This document shows, in pieces, positions 19,665 to 30,307 of a DNA stretch of 64,000 bases. The stretch's first letter is position 1; every line of letters starts with the position of its first letter. The stretch comes from an uncultured delta proteobacterium (GTDB lineage Bacteria; Desulfobacterota; Binatia; Binatales; Binataceae): positions 1 to 64,000 of the forward strand of contig CAWEEQ010000004.1 of the NCBI GenBank assembly GCA_963808235.1. The letters are read 5' to 3'. A program made the translations under genes and the position numbers. The notes below the pieces were generated by a model. It was not told the DNA's origin, did not search any database, and worked only from the letters and a program-made list of their open reading frames with translations.

Positions 19665-20810
19665 TCAAATTGCACGTAGTTCTTCCGAAATATCGTGACG
19701 GGTCGTGAGTGCCGCCGGAATGAACGCGCTCGCCGCTCCAATCAGCGCCGCGATCATGAAGCTATAGGCAATGATTCTGGGCGACAGCATGAGCGCGAGC
19801 GCCAGTGGGCCGAGCGCTCCGGACACATGGGGCAACAGTCTGAATCCGAAATAGGCCAACCCGCATCCGAACGCGCCGGCGGTGACACCGACGATCAGAC
19901 CCTCGGCCACGATTCGCCAGATGATCGAGTTGCGGGTGAATCCAATCGCGCGCATCACGGCAATTTCATGGCGTCGCTCGCGGACCGCCATCGCGGCCGT
20001 GTTGGCGGCCACCAGGGCAATCGTGAACATCACGATCGCGGCGAGAAATTTTGAGCCGTTAACCAGAAGACCAAGGTTGCCGACCAGCTGGTTTTTGATC
20101 AGCGCGACTTCGGTTTCGGTGGCGGTCTCGTGCGCCGAATTGGCGAACATTTCATCGATTGCGGCGATCACCTCGGGCGCCGATTGCGAGCGATCCACTT
20201 TCACCCAAAACAGGTTGACAGTTCCAGGCCGGCCGAGCAGTTCCTCCATGTAATCCCGCCTGAAAATGACTCGTGGCCCCGCGGCGGCCTCGTTCAGGGT
20301 GCCCACGATTTTGAGTTGCAGATCGACCGGATACAGCGTGCCGCGCAGGATGATCGTGTCGCCGACTTTCCATCGATAAGCGTCCATCAAGGCGGTTGCA
20401 ACCAGCGCCGCAGTCCGCAGGTCTTTGAATTCCTTCTCGGTCTCCGCGCTGATTTCCCAGTCGGGAAATATTTCGCGTAGATGGTCGTCATCGACGGCGA
20501 GGATCCCTAACTGTTCATTCGGATCGCGATAGGTGCCCATGAAGACGCTGTAAGCCGCCACCGCCTGCACATGTGGAACTCGCTCGATCTGCCGGCGGTA
20601 TGCTTCCGGCAACAGGTAGAAGAGACTCGCCTTGCTATGGCAGATGAGGCGCAGCGAGTTGGCGCGATCGCGCAGGACCTGGTTGATCAGGCCGGGCAAA
20701 CTAATCAGCGTCGCGAAAATAAATACCGAAACCGTGATCGACAGGGTGGTCAGGATCGTGCGGCGCTTGTTGCGCGACAGGTTGCGGAAAACGAGTCCGA
20801 AGTATTTCAT
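19665..20810 (-). CDS. MacB/FtsX-type ABC transporter permease
   Basis: RNLSRNKRRTILT, periplasmic core, AVRERRHEIAVMRAIGF, C-terminal TMs. Confidence 0.9.
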   Translation of the reverse strand: MKYFGLVFRNLSRNKRRTILTTLSITVSVFIFATLISLPGLINQVLRDRANSLRLICHSKASLFYLLPEAYRRQIERVPHVQAVAAYSVFMGTYRDPNEQLGILAVDDDHLREIFPDWEISAETEKEFKDLRTAALVATALMDAYRWKVGDTIILRGTLYPVDLQLKIVGTLNEAAAGPRVIFRRDYMEELLGRPGTVNLFWVKVDRSQSAPEVIAAIDEMFANSAHETATETEVALIKNQLVGNLGLLVNGSKFLAAIVMFTIALVAANTAAMAVRERRHEIAVMRAIGFTRNSIIWRIVAEGLIVGVTAGAFGCGLAYFGFRLLPHVSGALGPLALALMLSPRIIAYSFMIAALIGAASAFIPAALTTRHDISEELRAI

Positions 20811-20855
20811 GCCGGCGCGGGTCTTCGGACGATACTCCCGCGAGGACCAGTTCGG

Positions 20856-21404
20856 CTAGAGGAGCGCGCCGCGAAAAGGTTCATCGCGCGGCGGCGGGAA
20901 CTGCAGCAGATTGATTGCCCACTTGCGGGCCTGGCGGAGCGCATCCTCGGCGCGGCGGAAGATTCGCTCACGATGCATCACGCTCCACACGTACGCGTCG
21001 ACCGAGGGCTCGTCGCCGAGCGTGATGTCGAGCATCCAGTCCTCGAGCTGCGGGCCGCAGATCAGGAGCCGCACCACGCGTCCGTGATCGAGCACGATTC
21101 CGCGCGCCTCGCGCGGGATGCGGAACTCGTCCTTGACCCGCTTGATTACGTTGGGCGGCGCGTGCTGCTCGGTCATCGCGACGTACGCCCATCCACCTTG
21201 AGGCGGGTTGGCCTCGCGCGCGATGCGCAAGTTGTTGTCGGTCAGATCTTCCTTGGCGCGATCCTGATCGTAGTCGCGGGCGACCTGGTAAAAGGCCATC
21301 GCGACCGGCAACTGCGGCATCTCGGTCTCGGACTTGGCCCTTTTCGGTTTCTTGAAGGTGGTTTCGACCCACCATCGGTTTTCGACGTTCGGCTTATTCG
21401 CCAT
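20856..21404 (-). CDS. Hypothetical protein, translationally coupled to the upstream HExxH protein
   Basis: 182-aa ORF with native codon usage; TGATG stop/start overlap at 21404. Confidence 0.7.
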   Translation of the reverse strand: MANKPNVENRWWVETTFKKPKRAKSETEMPQLPVAMAFYQVARDYDQDRAKEDLTDNNLRIAREANPPQGGWAYVAMTEQHAPPNVIKRVKDEFRIPREARGIVLDHGRVVRLLICGPQLEDWMLDITLGDEPSVDAYVWSVMHRERIFRRAEDALRQARKWAINLLQFPPPRDEPFRGALL

Positions 21405-21928
21405 CAGGCGGCCTTGCGCGATTTGCGCGCGATGCGCCGCGTCGCGCGTCCGTTCTTGCGCGCGCCGACGATTCGCCCGCGTCGTTTACGGACTCGCACT
21501 GCTGCGCGCCGCGAATTGGAACTCGCCGAACGGATACGCGAGCGCGTCGCCAACCGGCGGCTGGGAGTTCTGAGTCCGGTGACCATCCGGCGGGTGAACA
21601 TTTCCGCTTTGCGTTCAGGATGACTCCAGAACAGGAAATGACCCATCTCATGGTAGATCATTTGAATCCACATACGCTCGCGGAAATAGACTCGCCCGCG
21701 TTTCCAATTTTCCGGATGCACCAGATGGATGCGTCCGTCCTCGTAGGTTCGGCCGGCGGTCTTGCCCCAATCGATATACTCGAACCATTCGATTCGCGGG
21801 CGGCGAACGTTGAAGTATCGGCACATCAGGGAAATCGCGCGATTGAAACGGGCGGCGCGATGATTACGGAAAAATTCTCCGAGATTTCGATCGATTTCGC
21901 GGCGATGAGCGACGGGAGGAACAATCAT
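21404..21928 (-). CDS. Small HExxH zincin-like protein with Arg-rich tail
   Basis: TAGRTY..GRIHL...MIYHEMGHFLF...ERKAE; C-terminal ~60 aa very R/K-rich; start uncertain (21928 or 21994). Confidence 0.7.
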   Translation of the reverse strand: MIVPPVAHRREIDRNLGEFFRNHRAARFNRAISLMCRYFNVRRPRIEWFEYIDWGKTAGRTYEDGRIHLVHPENWKRGRVYFRERMWIQMIYHEMGHFLFWSHPERKAEMFTRRMVTGLRTPSRRLATRSRIRSASSNSRRAAVRVRKRRGRIVGARKNGRATRRIARKSRKAA

Positions 21929-22095
21929 TCGCACCAGTGACAACCTCCGGGGCAGGTAGACGAGATCATATGGAGCGCAAGCGGTTACAGTCAAACAAAG
22001 TTCCGAAAATACCGACTATATACCGACGTTTGATTATCGTTAAGATGCGAGAATCGACACGCAGGCAAGGGGTTCGGTCCGATCGGAGCGTACCG

Positions 22096-23307
22096 CTAGC
22101 CGAGGGCGCCGCTGTCCTTGAGGCGGCTGATTTCGTCCCAGCTGAGCCCCGCTTCGAGCGCGATTTCCTCCGTATGCTGCCCCAACTCGGGCGCTGCGCG
22201 ATGCGGCTGTGGGTCCGCGCCGCCGAACTCGACCGGGCTGTTCACGACCCGGCATCCTGGAATATTCGGGTGATCGACGGCGGCGAACGCGCCGATTGCT
22301 TCGGCTTGCGGATCCTCGAGCACTTCGGCGTCGGTGCGCACCGGCGCCCAGATGAGGTTGTGGCGATCGAAGATCGGCGCCCAGTCGTCGGAACTCTTCG
22401 AAACGACGACGCGATCGATCTCTGCGGTCAGCGCGGCGCAGTTTTGTCCGCGCGCGGCGGAATCCTTAAACCGCGGATCGTTCAGCCATTGCGGCATGCC
22501 CAAGGCGGCGCAGAAGTCCGGCCAGTGGCGATCGCTTTGAATCATCACGAAGTAAACCCATCGCGCATCGGCGCATCGATACGAACTCCAGATGGGATTC
22601 ACGCGCTGATCGCGCGACTCCGACGCGGGCGAGCGGCCGGTCATGAGGCCGACGGTAAGGTCCGATGCGTTCATCCACAGGCCCATCGAGAACAGCGAGA
22701 TGTTCACTTCGCGGCCGCGGCCGGTGCGCTCGCGCGCGAGCAGCGCCGCCGAGATTGCGCCCGCGAGCGACAGTCCCACCGCATGATCGATCATCGCCGG
22801 GCGCTGCGCGGGAGGCGGATGGCCCGGCTCGGCGATCGTCGCCATCAGGCCCGAGCGCGCCCATGCGGCCGCATAGTCGTAGGCGGGTCGATTGCGATCG
22901 GGGCCGCGATGCCCATAGCCGTTGATCGATGCATAGACCAGGCGCGGATTTTTTGCGGACAGCGTCGCGTAGTCGAGCTTCATCCGCTCGATCGCATCGA
23001 GGCGGAGGCTGGTGACGAAGACGTCGGCGCGTTCGATCAGTTTGAGCGCGAAGGCGTGCCCGTCGGCGCGGCGCAAATCGACGGCGACCGAGCGTTTGTT
23101 GCGATTGTCGAGCTCAAACGGCGGCCGGATGCGCGCGTTCGGATCGCCCATCGTGCGGGTGACGAAGCCGCGAATCGGATCGCCGGTTTTCGGATCTTCA
23201 AGCTTGATAACGTCGGCGCCCCAGTCGCCGAGCACCGCGGCGGTGGCGGGACCCGCCACCCACATCGCAAGCTCCACAACTCTGACGCCCTCGAGCGGAC
23301 GGTCCAT
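22096..23307 (-). CDS. Family III CoA-transferase (CaiB/BaiF)
   Basis: PLEGVRVVEL..WVAGP, GADVIKLE, NRNKRSVAVDL, AYD, APELGQHT; AAGGAG RBS. Confidence 0.93.
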   Translation of the reverse strand: MDRPLEGVRVVELAMWVAGPATAAVLGDWGADVIKLEDPKTGDPIRGFVTRTMGDPNARIRPPFELDNRNKRSVAVDLRRADGHAFALKLIERADVFVTSLRLDAIERMKLDYATLSAKNPRLVYASINGYGHRGPDRNRPAYDYAAAWARSGLMATIAEPGHPPPAQRPAMIDHAVGLSLAGAISAALLARERTGRGREVNISLFSMGLWMNASDLTVGLMTGRSPASESRDQRVNPIWSSYRCADARWVYFVMIQSDRHWPDFCAALGMPQWLNDPRFKDSAARGQNCAALTAEIDRVVVSKSSDDWAPIFDRHNLIWAPVRTDAEVLEDPQAEAIGAFAAVDHPNIPGCRVVNSPVEFGGADPQPHRAAPELGQHTEEIALEAGLSWDEISRLKDSGALG

Positions 23308-23367
23308 CGCAACTATCTCCTTCATTGAACGAGATCGAATTGCTATCACGGCTACGGAGACTGTGCG

Positions 23368-24285
23368 ATGCCAGAAGAAAATTTCAACGTCGTCACCGGC
23401 GCATCGGGATACACCGGCCGCTACATCGCGCGCCTGCTGTTGTCGCAGGGGCGGCGGGTCAGGACTCTAACCGGACATCCGGCGCGGGCAAATCCGTTTG
23501 GCGATCAGATCGAAGTTGCGCCGTTCAATTTCGAACGTCCCGATGAACTCGCGCGAAGTCTCGAGGGCGCCGGGACAGTCTTCAATACTTACTGGATCAG
23601 GTTTCCGTACCGTGGGCAGACCTTCGAGACCGCGGTTCAAAACACTCGGGTCATTCTCGATGCGGCCGCCAGAGCAGGCGTCCGCAAGTTCGTGCATATC
23701 AGTGTTACCAACCCGACGGAGTCATCGCCGCTGCCATATTTCTGCGGCAAGGCGATGGTCGAATCGGCAATCGAAGAGTCGGCGCTCTCCTGCGCGATAA
23801 TTCGGCCGGCGCTGATCTTCGGCGTCGAGGACATCCTACTCAACAATATCGCGTGGCTGCTGCGGAGGTTTCCATTCTTTGCGATTCCCGGCCAGGGAGG
23901 TTACCGCGTCCAGCCGATCTTCGCCGCCGACCTTGCCGAGATCGCCGTGAACGCGGCTCGCGACGATCGATCCACAACGCTCGACGCAGTGGGACCGGAG
24001 ATCTTCACCTTCGATGAGTTGGTCCGGATGCTCGCGAGCGCGGTGCGCAGCAAATCGCGAATCGTCCACGTCGATCCGCGCGTCGCGCTGGCGCTCACTC
24101 AGATAGTCGGATTGCTGGTGCGCGACGTGACGCTCACGCGCGACGAGATTCGCGGCTTGATGAGCAATTTGCTGGTTACGGATTCGCCGCCGAACGCGCC
24201 GACGCGGTTCAGCGAGTGGCTGCGCAGCAACGCCGACAAGATCGGTGTCGCCTATGCATCAGAGCTATCACGCCACTTCCGCTGA
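23368..24285 (+). CDS. NAD-dependent epimerase / NDUFA9-like atypical SDR
   Basis: VTGASGYTG, YFCGK, IIRPALIFG, VQPI. Confidence 0.85.
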   Translation: MPEENFNVVTGASGYTGRYIARLLLSQGRRVRTLTGHPARANPFGDQIEVAPFNFERPDELARSLEGAGTVFNTYWIRFPYRGQTFETAVQNTRVILDAAARAGVRKFVHISVTNPTESSPLPYFCGKAMVESAIEESALSCAIIRPALIFGVEDILLNNIAWLLRRFPFFAIPGQGGYRVQPIFAADLAEIAVNAARDDRSTTLDAVGPEIFTFDELVRMLASAVRSKSRIVHVDPRVALALTQIVGLLVRDVTLTRDEIRGLMSNLLVTDSPPNAPTRFSEWLRSNADKIGVAYASELSRHFR

Positions 24286-24337
24286 ATTGGCTCCGGAGCC
24301 GCGAATTTGTCCGCACCCGGCGGAACTCGCGACTATC

Positions 24338-24793
24338 TCACGAAGCCTGCGGGCCCGCCTTGGCGCGTCGCACCCGGCGCGGATCTCGGCGCCGAACGCG
24401 ATTCACCGTCAGGCGCTGCATCCGGCTGGCTTCCTTGAGCCGCAACCGGAGCGGGGCGCCGCCGCGTCCCTCGACGAGTTCCGAAAGCCGCCAGCGCAGC
24501 CCCTTGGTATCCATCCCGAGCGCATCGCATACGTTGTCGAATGACAACGGACAGCTGACACCCTTGGTGAAAATCCAGTTCCAGGCTTCGTTGAATGAGT
24601 TGCGCTTGCGCAAACTCGCGGAGCTGCCGCATTCCTGCACGACGTTGATCGCGTCGGCCAGCACCGCGAGCATCAGCCGCTGCTCACTGGAGAGCGAGCG
24701 GGTGCCGACCAGCTCGAAGAACTGGCTGCGCAGGATCACGTCGGGGAAGGGACGCGGATCGGCGACAGAGATTATGGACTCGACCGTTTGCAT
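24338..24793 (-). CDS. Conserved-looking hypothetical protein
   Basis: GGAGG RBS; SQFF...EQRLMLAVLADAI...EAWNWIF...SFDNVCDALG; basic tail. Confidence 0.72.
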   Translation of the reverse strand: MQTVESIISVADPRPFPDVILRSQFFELVGTRSLSSEQRLMLAVLADAINVVQECGSSASLRKRNSFNEAWNWIFTKGVSCPLSFDNVCDALGMDTKGLRWRLSELVEGRGGAPLRLRLKEASRMQRLTVNRVRRRDPRRVRRAKAGPQAS

Positions 24794-25225
24794 TGTTCAG
24801 CTACCTCCACTCCCCCGAGCGAAGTGCTTGAACTTTAATGTTTCGTATTTGCGAGCGAACTCCCTTATCCGAAACCCCGCTTCATCTAATCGGGATGAAG
24901 ATTCTTAATGAGAACGCTGACCAAATGCAAGAGAAAAGTCACCACTTAAATTCAGTAGTGCGCGTCTTGGATAAGCTAGGCCCATATAACGGCAACGCTC
25001 GAATTAGCGAGACGGAACCAGGAATGACGTCCTGAAACGTCCATCGCCGATGCGCTCAATAGCGTGAAGTGCCGTTGTTATCGATGCGGGCGGACGGTCT
25101 GCTATATTCGCGGTAGCGTTTGATTCGATAGACTTGGGCGCCGAGACGAGACTCGCCCCAAGCGATTTCCAACTCGAAAGTTTTCAGAGCGGCGCCGCCG
25201 ACAATGCCGCCCCAGGAGTACCACG

Positions 25226-25558
25226 ATGGCTGATTTCTACGGCAAGGAAACTTCGAAGCATCTCCGCGACCTGCGCCAGAACGCGCCCGATCAGTTCAAG
25301 GGATTTCTCGAATTCGACAAGGAAGTCTTCAAGGACGGCGCGATTCCGAGCAAGACCAAAGAGCTGCTGGCGATCACGGCGGCGCATGTCACGCAGTGCC
25401 CGTGGTGTATCGAGGCGCACGTTACGCGCGCAAAAGAAAAAGGATGCACCGATCAGGAGATTGCGGAGGCGGTGTTCGTCGCGGCGGCGATGCGCGCGGG
25501 CGCGGCCTTCAGTCACGGCGCAATCGCGATGGCGGTGGCCGGCGAACACAAGCACTAG
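25226..25558 (+). CDS. Carboxymuconolactone decarboxylase / AhpD family protein
   Basis: KTKELLAI..AHVTQCPWCIEAH, EIAEA; AGGAG RBS. Confidence 0.9.
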   Translation: MADFYGKETSKHLRDLRQNAPDQFKGFLEFDKEVFKDGAIPSKTKELLAITAAHVTQCPWCIEAHVTRAKEKGCTDQEIAEAVFVAAAMRAGAAFSHGAIAMAVAGEHKH

Positions 25559-25586
25559 CCAGCACGCTCCGCGTTCGGCAACATAG

Positions 25587-26771
25587 ATGGCCAACAAGGT
25601 GGAAATGGATCAGGCAGTAAAGGATCGCAAGAAGCGGCAGATCAAAACGCGGCAGATAACAATCGGCGGCACCAAGGTCGGCGGCGACGCGCCCGTGGTG
25701 GTGCAATCGATGTGCGCGACGCGGACTATCGACGTCGATCAGACGGTCGCGCAGGCGCGCCAGCTCGCCGACGCCGGTGCGGGAATCGTCCGAATCGCGA
25801 TGGACAGCGAGAAGGAAATTCCCGCGCTGAAGGAAATCCGCGCGCAGACCAAGGGAATCGTGCTGTCGGTCGACTTGCAGGAGAACTACAAAATTGCCGA
25901 TCGGGTCGCGGCGTACGTCGACAAGATTCGCTACAACCCGGGGCATCTGCACCATATCGAGAAGAAAAAGAGCATCGAGCAGAAAGTGAAATGGCTGGTC
26001 GATATCGCGCGCGACAACAACGTCGCGATTCGGATCGGCGTCAACTGCGGCTCGGTCGCACCCGCGTTTCTCGATAAGTATCCGGGCGATCAACTCGGCG
26101 CGATCGTAGAGTCGGCCGCGTACCATTGCGACCTGATGGACGATTTCGGCTTCACCCGCTTCGTCGTGTCGCTCAAGGATTCCGAGCCGAACAAGGTGAT
26201 GGAGGCCAATCGGCGATTCTCGGAGCGCCGTCCCGACGTGCCGCTCCACCTCGGCGTGACCGAGGCGGGCCTGCCTCCCGACGGAATCATCAAGACGCGC
26301 CTCGCATTCGAGAAACTCCTGGCGCAGGGCATCGGCGACACGATTCGCGTTTCCCTGACGCTGCCCAACGAGCGCAAGCACGAGGAAGTGATCGTCGGGC
26401 ACAAAATTATCGACGACGTCGCGGCCGGCCGCTTCATCTCGGTGCCGGACTTCGGCGCCGGTTTGAACATCATCTCGTGCCCGTCGTGCTCGCGGGTCGA
26501 GAACGAGAAATTCGTCGAGCTCGCGCAGCAGGTCAAGGAACTCACGATCTACGCCGAGAAGTACAAGATCACGATTGCAGTCATGGGATGCCGCGTGAAC
26601 GGTCCCGGCGAGACCGACGACGCGGATCTCGGCCTGTGGTGCGGCCCGACGACGGTGAATCTCAAAAAGAAAGATCGCAAGATCGGCTTCTTCGGCTACG
26701 ACGAAGTCCTGCCCAAGCTACGCGCCGAACTCGACCGCCTGATCGCCGAGCGCTCCGCCCGCGTCAACTAA
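25587..26771 (+). CDS. ispG: 4-hydroxy-3-methylbut-2-en-1-yl diphosphate synthase
   Basis: [61 protein letters not shown]. Confidence 0.96.
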   Translation: MANKVEMDQAVKDRKKRQIKTRQITIGGTKVGGDAPVVVQSMCATRTIDVDQTVAQARQLADAGAGIVRIAMDSEKEIPALKEIRAQTKGIVLSVDLQENYKIADRVAAYVDKIRYNPGHLHHIEKKKSIEQKVKWLVDIARDNNVAIRIGVNCGSVAPAFLDKYPGDQLGAIVESAAYHCDLMDDFGFTRFVVSLKDSEPNKVMEANRRFSERRPDVPLHLGVTEAGLPPDGIIKTRLAFEKLLAQGIGDTIRVSLTLPNERKHEEVIVGHKIIDDVAAGRFISVPDFGAGLNIISCPSCSRVENEKFVELAQQVKELTIYAEKYKITIAVMGCRVNGPGETDDADLGLWCGPTTVNLKKKDRKIGFFGYDEVLPKLRAELDRLIAERSARVN

Positions 26772-26780
26772 CCTCATCAC

Positions 26781-29700
26781 TCAGTTGCAGGCGGGTGGAT
26801 TCACTTTGTTGGAGTCCATCGTAACAGCGCCGCTTGGAGCGACGGCGCCCGCGAGCGCACGTCCGTTTACGATCGCGCCAGCCACCAATGTGATTGACGT
26901 GTCGGCGAGGATGGTTCCCTCGAGGATGCATCCGCCTCCGATGGTCGCTGAACTGCCAACCTGCCAGAAGACGTTGGACGCCTTCGCGCCGTTGATCAGC
27001 ACGACGTTGCAGCTTGTAGCGGTCAAAGTGAGCGTGGACGCGGGCATCTGGAAAACCCAGACTGCATTCGGGTCGCCCTGGGCGTCGAGCACAAGATTTC
27101 CACCGGTTATCTCGAACGAGTCCGCACTTGACGCGTAGAGTCCCGGGGGAAGCGGGAGAGGCAGGGTTGCCAGATTTTCTGCGATTATCGTCGGTCCAGA
27201 CAGCCCGGCGGCGATGCCATACGCGGTCATCAAGGAGGCCATCGCAGCAACCGCCGGTGGAGTGTCAATCTGAATCGTCCCGTTCACGACCCCAGGCGGG
27301 AATCCAGTCACCGAACTCCCCGGAGTCAGACCGAGATCGCCGTTGATCACTGTTCCGGCTGAAACGACGTTGGTTACCGTGGTCGCGGCGAGGACCCCGA
27401 AATTGGCGGCGGCTCCGAGGTCTATCGGTGAAAGTCCCGAGGACGTACCGGTCGCGAAAGTCCACACAAAATTACTCGCCAGCGCATTGCCCTCCAGGTC
27501 CATTGCGCCGGTTGTAATCGTGGCATTGAAGCTGGTGCTGGCCCCGAGCGGGCTGGCAGGCGTAAATGTCGCGGTGTCAGAGCTCTCATCGTAAGTGACT
27601 TTGCCCGTTACGACGGTTGCGCCCGGTCCGGTCACCGTGAAGGTTGCGGTGTTGAGGGTCGAAGCGTCCATCGCTTTGCTGAAGACCGCGCTGATTCCTG
27701 TGGTCAGCGACACCGCTGACGCACCATTGGCAGGAACCGCCGCGCTGACTGTCGGTGCGACGATGTCAGGGCCGGCGCCGGTGGTGAAGCTCCAGGTGAA
27801 TGCAGACGCCAACGCGTTTCCGGCGAGGTCCCGGGCCGCGGTTGTGATGCTTGCCGTATACAATGTGCCGGTTAACAGAGCGCTGCTCGGGGTGAAGGTC
27901 GCGGTTGCGCCAATCGTGCTGTAGGTCACTGTGCCCAGGACCGGCGTTGCTCCCGGTCCGGTCAAGGTAAACGACAACTCGTTGATGGTCGTAGAGTCCA
28001 TATCTTCGCTGAAAGTAGCCGCGATTTTCTGGTTGGTGGCCACGCCGGTTGCAGTATCAGCGGGATTTGTGATGGTCACCGATGGGGCGGTAGTGTCAAT
28101 GCCCGCGCTGGTTGTGAAAGTCCATACGAAGTTACTTGCCAGCGGCAGGCCTCCCACCAGGCTTTGAGCCGCAGTCGTGATAGTCGCAGTAAAGGTGGTG
28201 CTGACTGCGAAGTTTCCTCCGGTTGGCGCGAAAATCGCGATGTTGTTGATCGCATCGTAGGTGACGGTTCCGGGTACCGGTGTCAGGCCGGGTCCAGTCA
28301 CGGCAAAGGTACCTGGCAGGAGGATTGTTGCCGGGTTCATCGCCTCGCTGAAAGTTGCCGTGATTTTCTGATTGGTCGGCATTCCTTGTCCGCCGCATCC
28401 GACGATCGCAGGGTCAGTCGAAATTACTGTGGGCGCCTCCGCAGTCGGAGTCGCAGTTGGAGTTGCGGTGGCAGTTGCCGTCGCAGTTGAAGTGGCAGTT
28501 GCGGTTGCTGTCGCTGTCGACGTTGCGGTCGGAGTGTCAGTCGGAGTCGCCGTGCCGGTCGAAGTAGCTGTCTCCGTCGCAGTTGCGGTCGCTGTGCTGT
28601 TGCGGTCGGGGTATCGGTAGGACTAGCAGTGGCGGTCTGAGTTGCAGTCGCGGTCGGCGTGTCGGTGATGCGGTGTGCAGTCGCCGTCGCGGTTGCGGTC
28701 GCGTTGTCGCCGTGTCGGTCGCAGTCGGTGTATCAGTCGCCGTGCAGTTGTTGTCGCGTCGGCGTGTCGGTCGGAGTGCTGTCCCGTCGCAGTTGGCGCG
28801 CGTCGCAGTCGCAGTCGCGTGTTGTCGCGGTCGGCGTGTCGGTCGGACTTGCGGTGGCGGTTTGAATTGCGGTCGCCGTTGCGGTTGCCGTCAGCGTCGC
28901 CGTGTCGGTTGCAGTCGCTGTCGCAGTCGCAGTATCGGAGTGGCCGTCTGAGTTGCGGTCGTTGTCGCGCGTGTCGGTCGGAGTCGGGTCACCGTGTCAG
29001 TTGGAGTTGAGCGTGGCAGTCGCAGTCTGCGGTCGCGGTTGCAGTTGCGTCGCGGTTGCAGTCGCAGTCGAGGTATCGGTCGGAGTCGTCGGTCGGCAGT
29101 CGCCGTCGCGGTCGGGTGTATCGGGGCTTGCAGTTGACGTCGCGGTGCCAGTCGGCGTGTCGGTCGGAGTCGAGTCACCGTGTCAGTCGCGAGTCGGCGT
29201 ATCGGTTGGAGTTGAGGTGGCGGTCGCAGTCTGGGTCGCGGTTGCAGTCAACGTCGCGGTTGCAGTTGCAGTCTGGGTCGCGGTTACCGTCAGCCGTCGC
29301 GGTTGCAGTTGCGGTCGGCGTATCGGTCGGAGTCGCGGTCGCCGTAGCCGTCGCGGTAGGCGTATCAGACTGGGTTGCAGTCGCGGTCCCAGTAGGCGTG
29401 TCGGTCGGAGTCGCCGTCGCGGATTGCCGTCGAAGTCGCCGTGCCAGTCGCAGTGGGTGTGTTAGTCGGAGTTAAGTAGGCGGTCGCGGTCTGGGTTGCG
29501 GTTGCCGTAAATGTCGCGGTTGCTGTCGCAGTTGGCGTAGCGAGTCGCGGTTGGAGTGGGCGTAAATGGGGGTCTGGTGCCCGCGCCGGTCATGAAGTAC
29601 CACTGCCTGGTATTCAAATATTCGCCATTGTAGGCCGTCACGTCGCAATTGATCTTCACAATGTATTTGCTTTCGGGTGCGAGATTTTCTGACGGCGTAA

Positions 29701-30007
29701 AGGTCACCGAATCGCCATCGCAAGCGAGCGTCCCAGTTACGCGAGTTGTCTTGTCCGGTCCAAACACCTTGAAGGTGCTTTTGTTGACCGACTTACAACG
29801 CAACCGAACGTTGAAAGTCACGAAGACCGCCGTGTCAGTAAAAACGTTGGTTTCGTTAGCAGCGGGATTCGAAGAAACAACCTTGAGGTATTTCTGCGAC
29901 GACGCATCTGCGGCCTCGACACTTTGCGCTTCTGCGCGTCCAGCAACACATAACAATAGCAGCAGTATGATGACTGATGTCTTAGCAATTAGGTCTTTGA
30001 GCATCAT
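26781..30007 (-). CDS. Large secreted protein: signal peptide, Big_5 Ig domain, long T/A/P linker, three Big_5 domains, C-terminal DUF3494 ice-binding-like domain; frame broken inside the linker
   Basis: N-terminal ORF 29462-30007 (signal peptide + VVSSNPAAN...WYFMT); C-terminal ORF with 3x (P..ATFSE.M...WTFTT) and LGAAANFGVLA...LDAQGDPNAVWVFQ...NGAKASNVFWQVGSSAT...GRALA. Confidence 0.82.
28430..29565 (-). repeat. Low-complexity tandem codon repeat encoding (TA/TP)n linker, with many indels
   Basis: Plus strand is an array of gtcgc/gttgc/gtcgga units; minus strand reads TATPTDT... in shifting frames. Confidence 0.85.
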
Positions 30008-30307
30008 CGCGCCCGCTGCTCTGCGGACCGCGCACTTACTGACTTAATTACTTCTGACGATGAACCTTCAGACATACGAATCTGCCCAACACCACAAACG
30101 CAAGGTCCATGCCCCTTCAGCGTTTGCTGACAACTGGGGCGATAAGCGAAGGTATGTGAACTTTGATAGTCAGAGGGCAAAGAAGATTGACGAAGAAAAG
30201 CCTCGCAGACGATCTGCAAGCCGCCAGAGCAGCGGCAAACGACACTGTATTGCCGCTTGGGGCCCGCGATCCAAAAAAATGGCTATCGAGACTTCCGCCA
30301 CGGTCAA

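Noticed and set aside
28372-29475. Val/Ala-rich plus-strand ORFs
   Set aside because: Reverse complement of the Thr/Ala/Pro linker codons.
30010-30300. Riboswitch upstream of the ice-binding-like gene
   Set aside because: No recognisable aptamer consensus; the one hairpin (about 30231-30257) could simply end the upstream operon.
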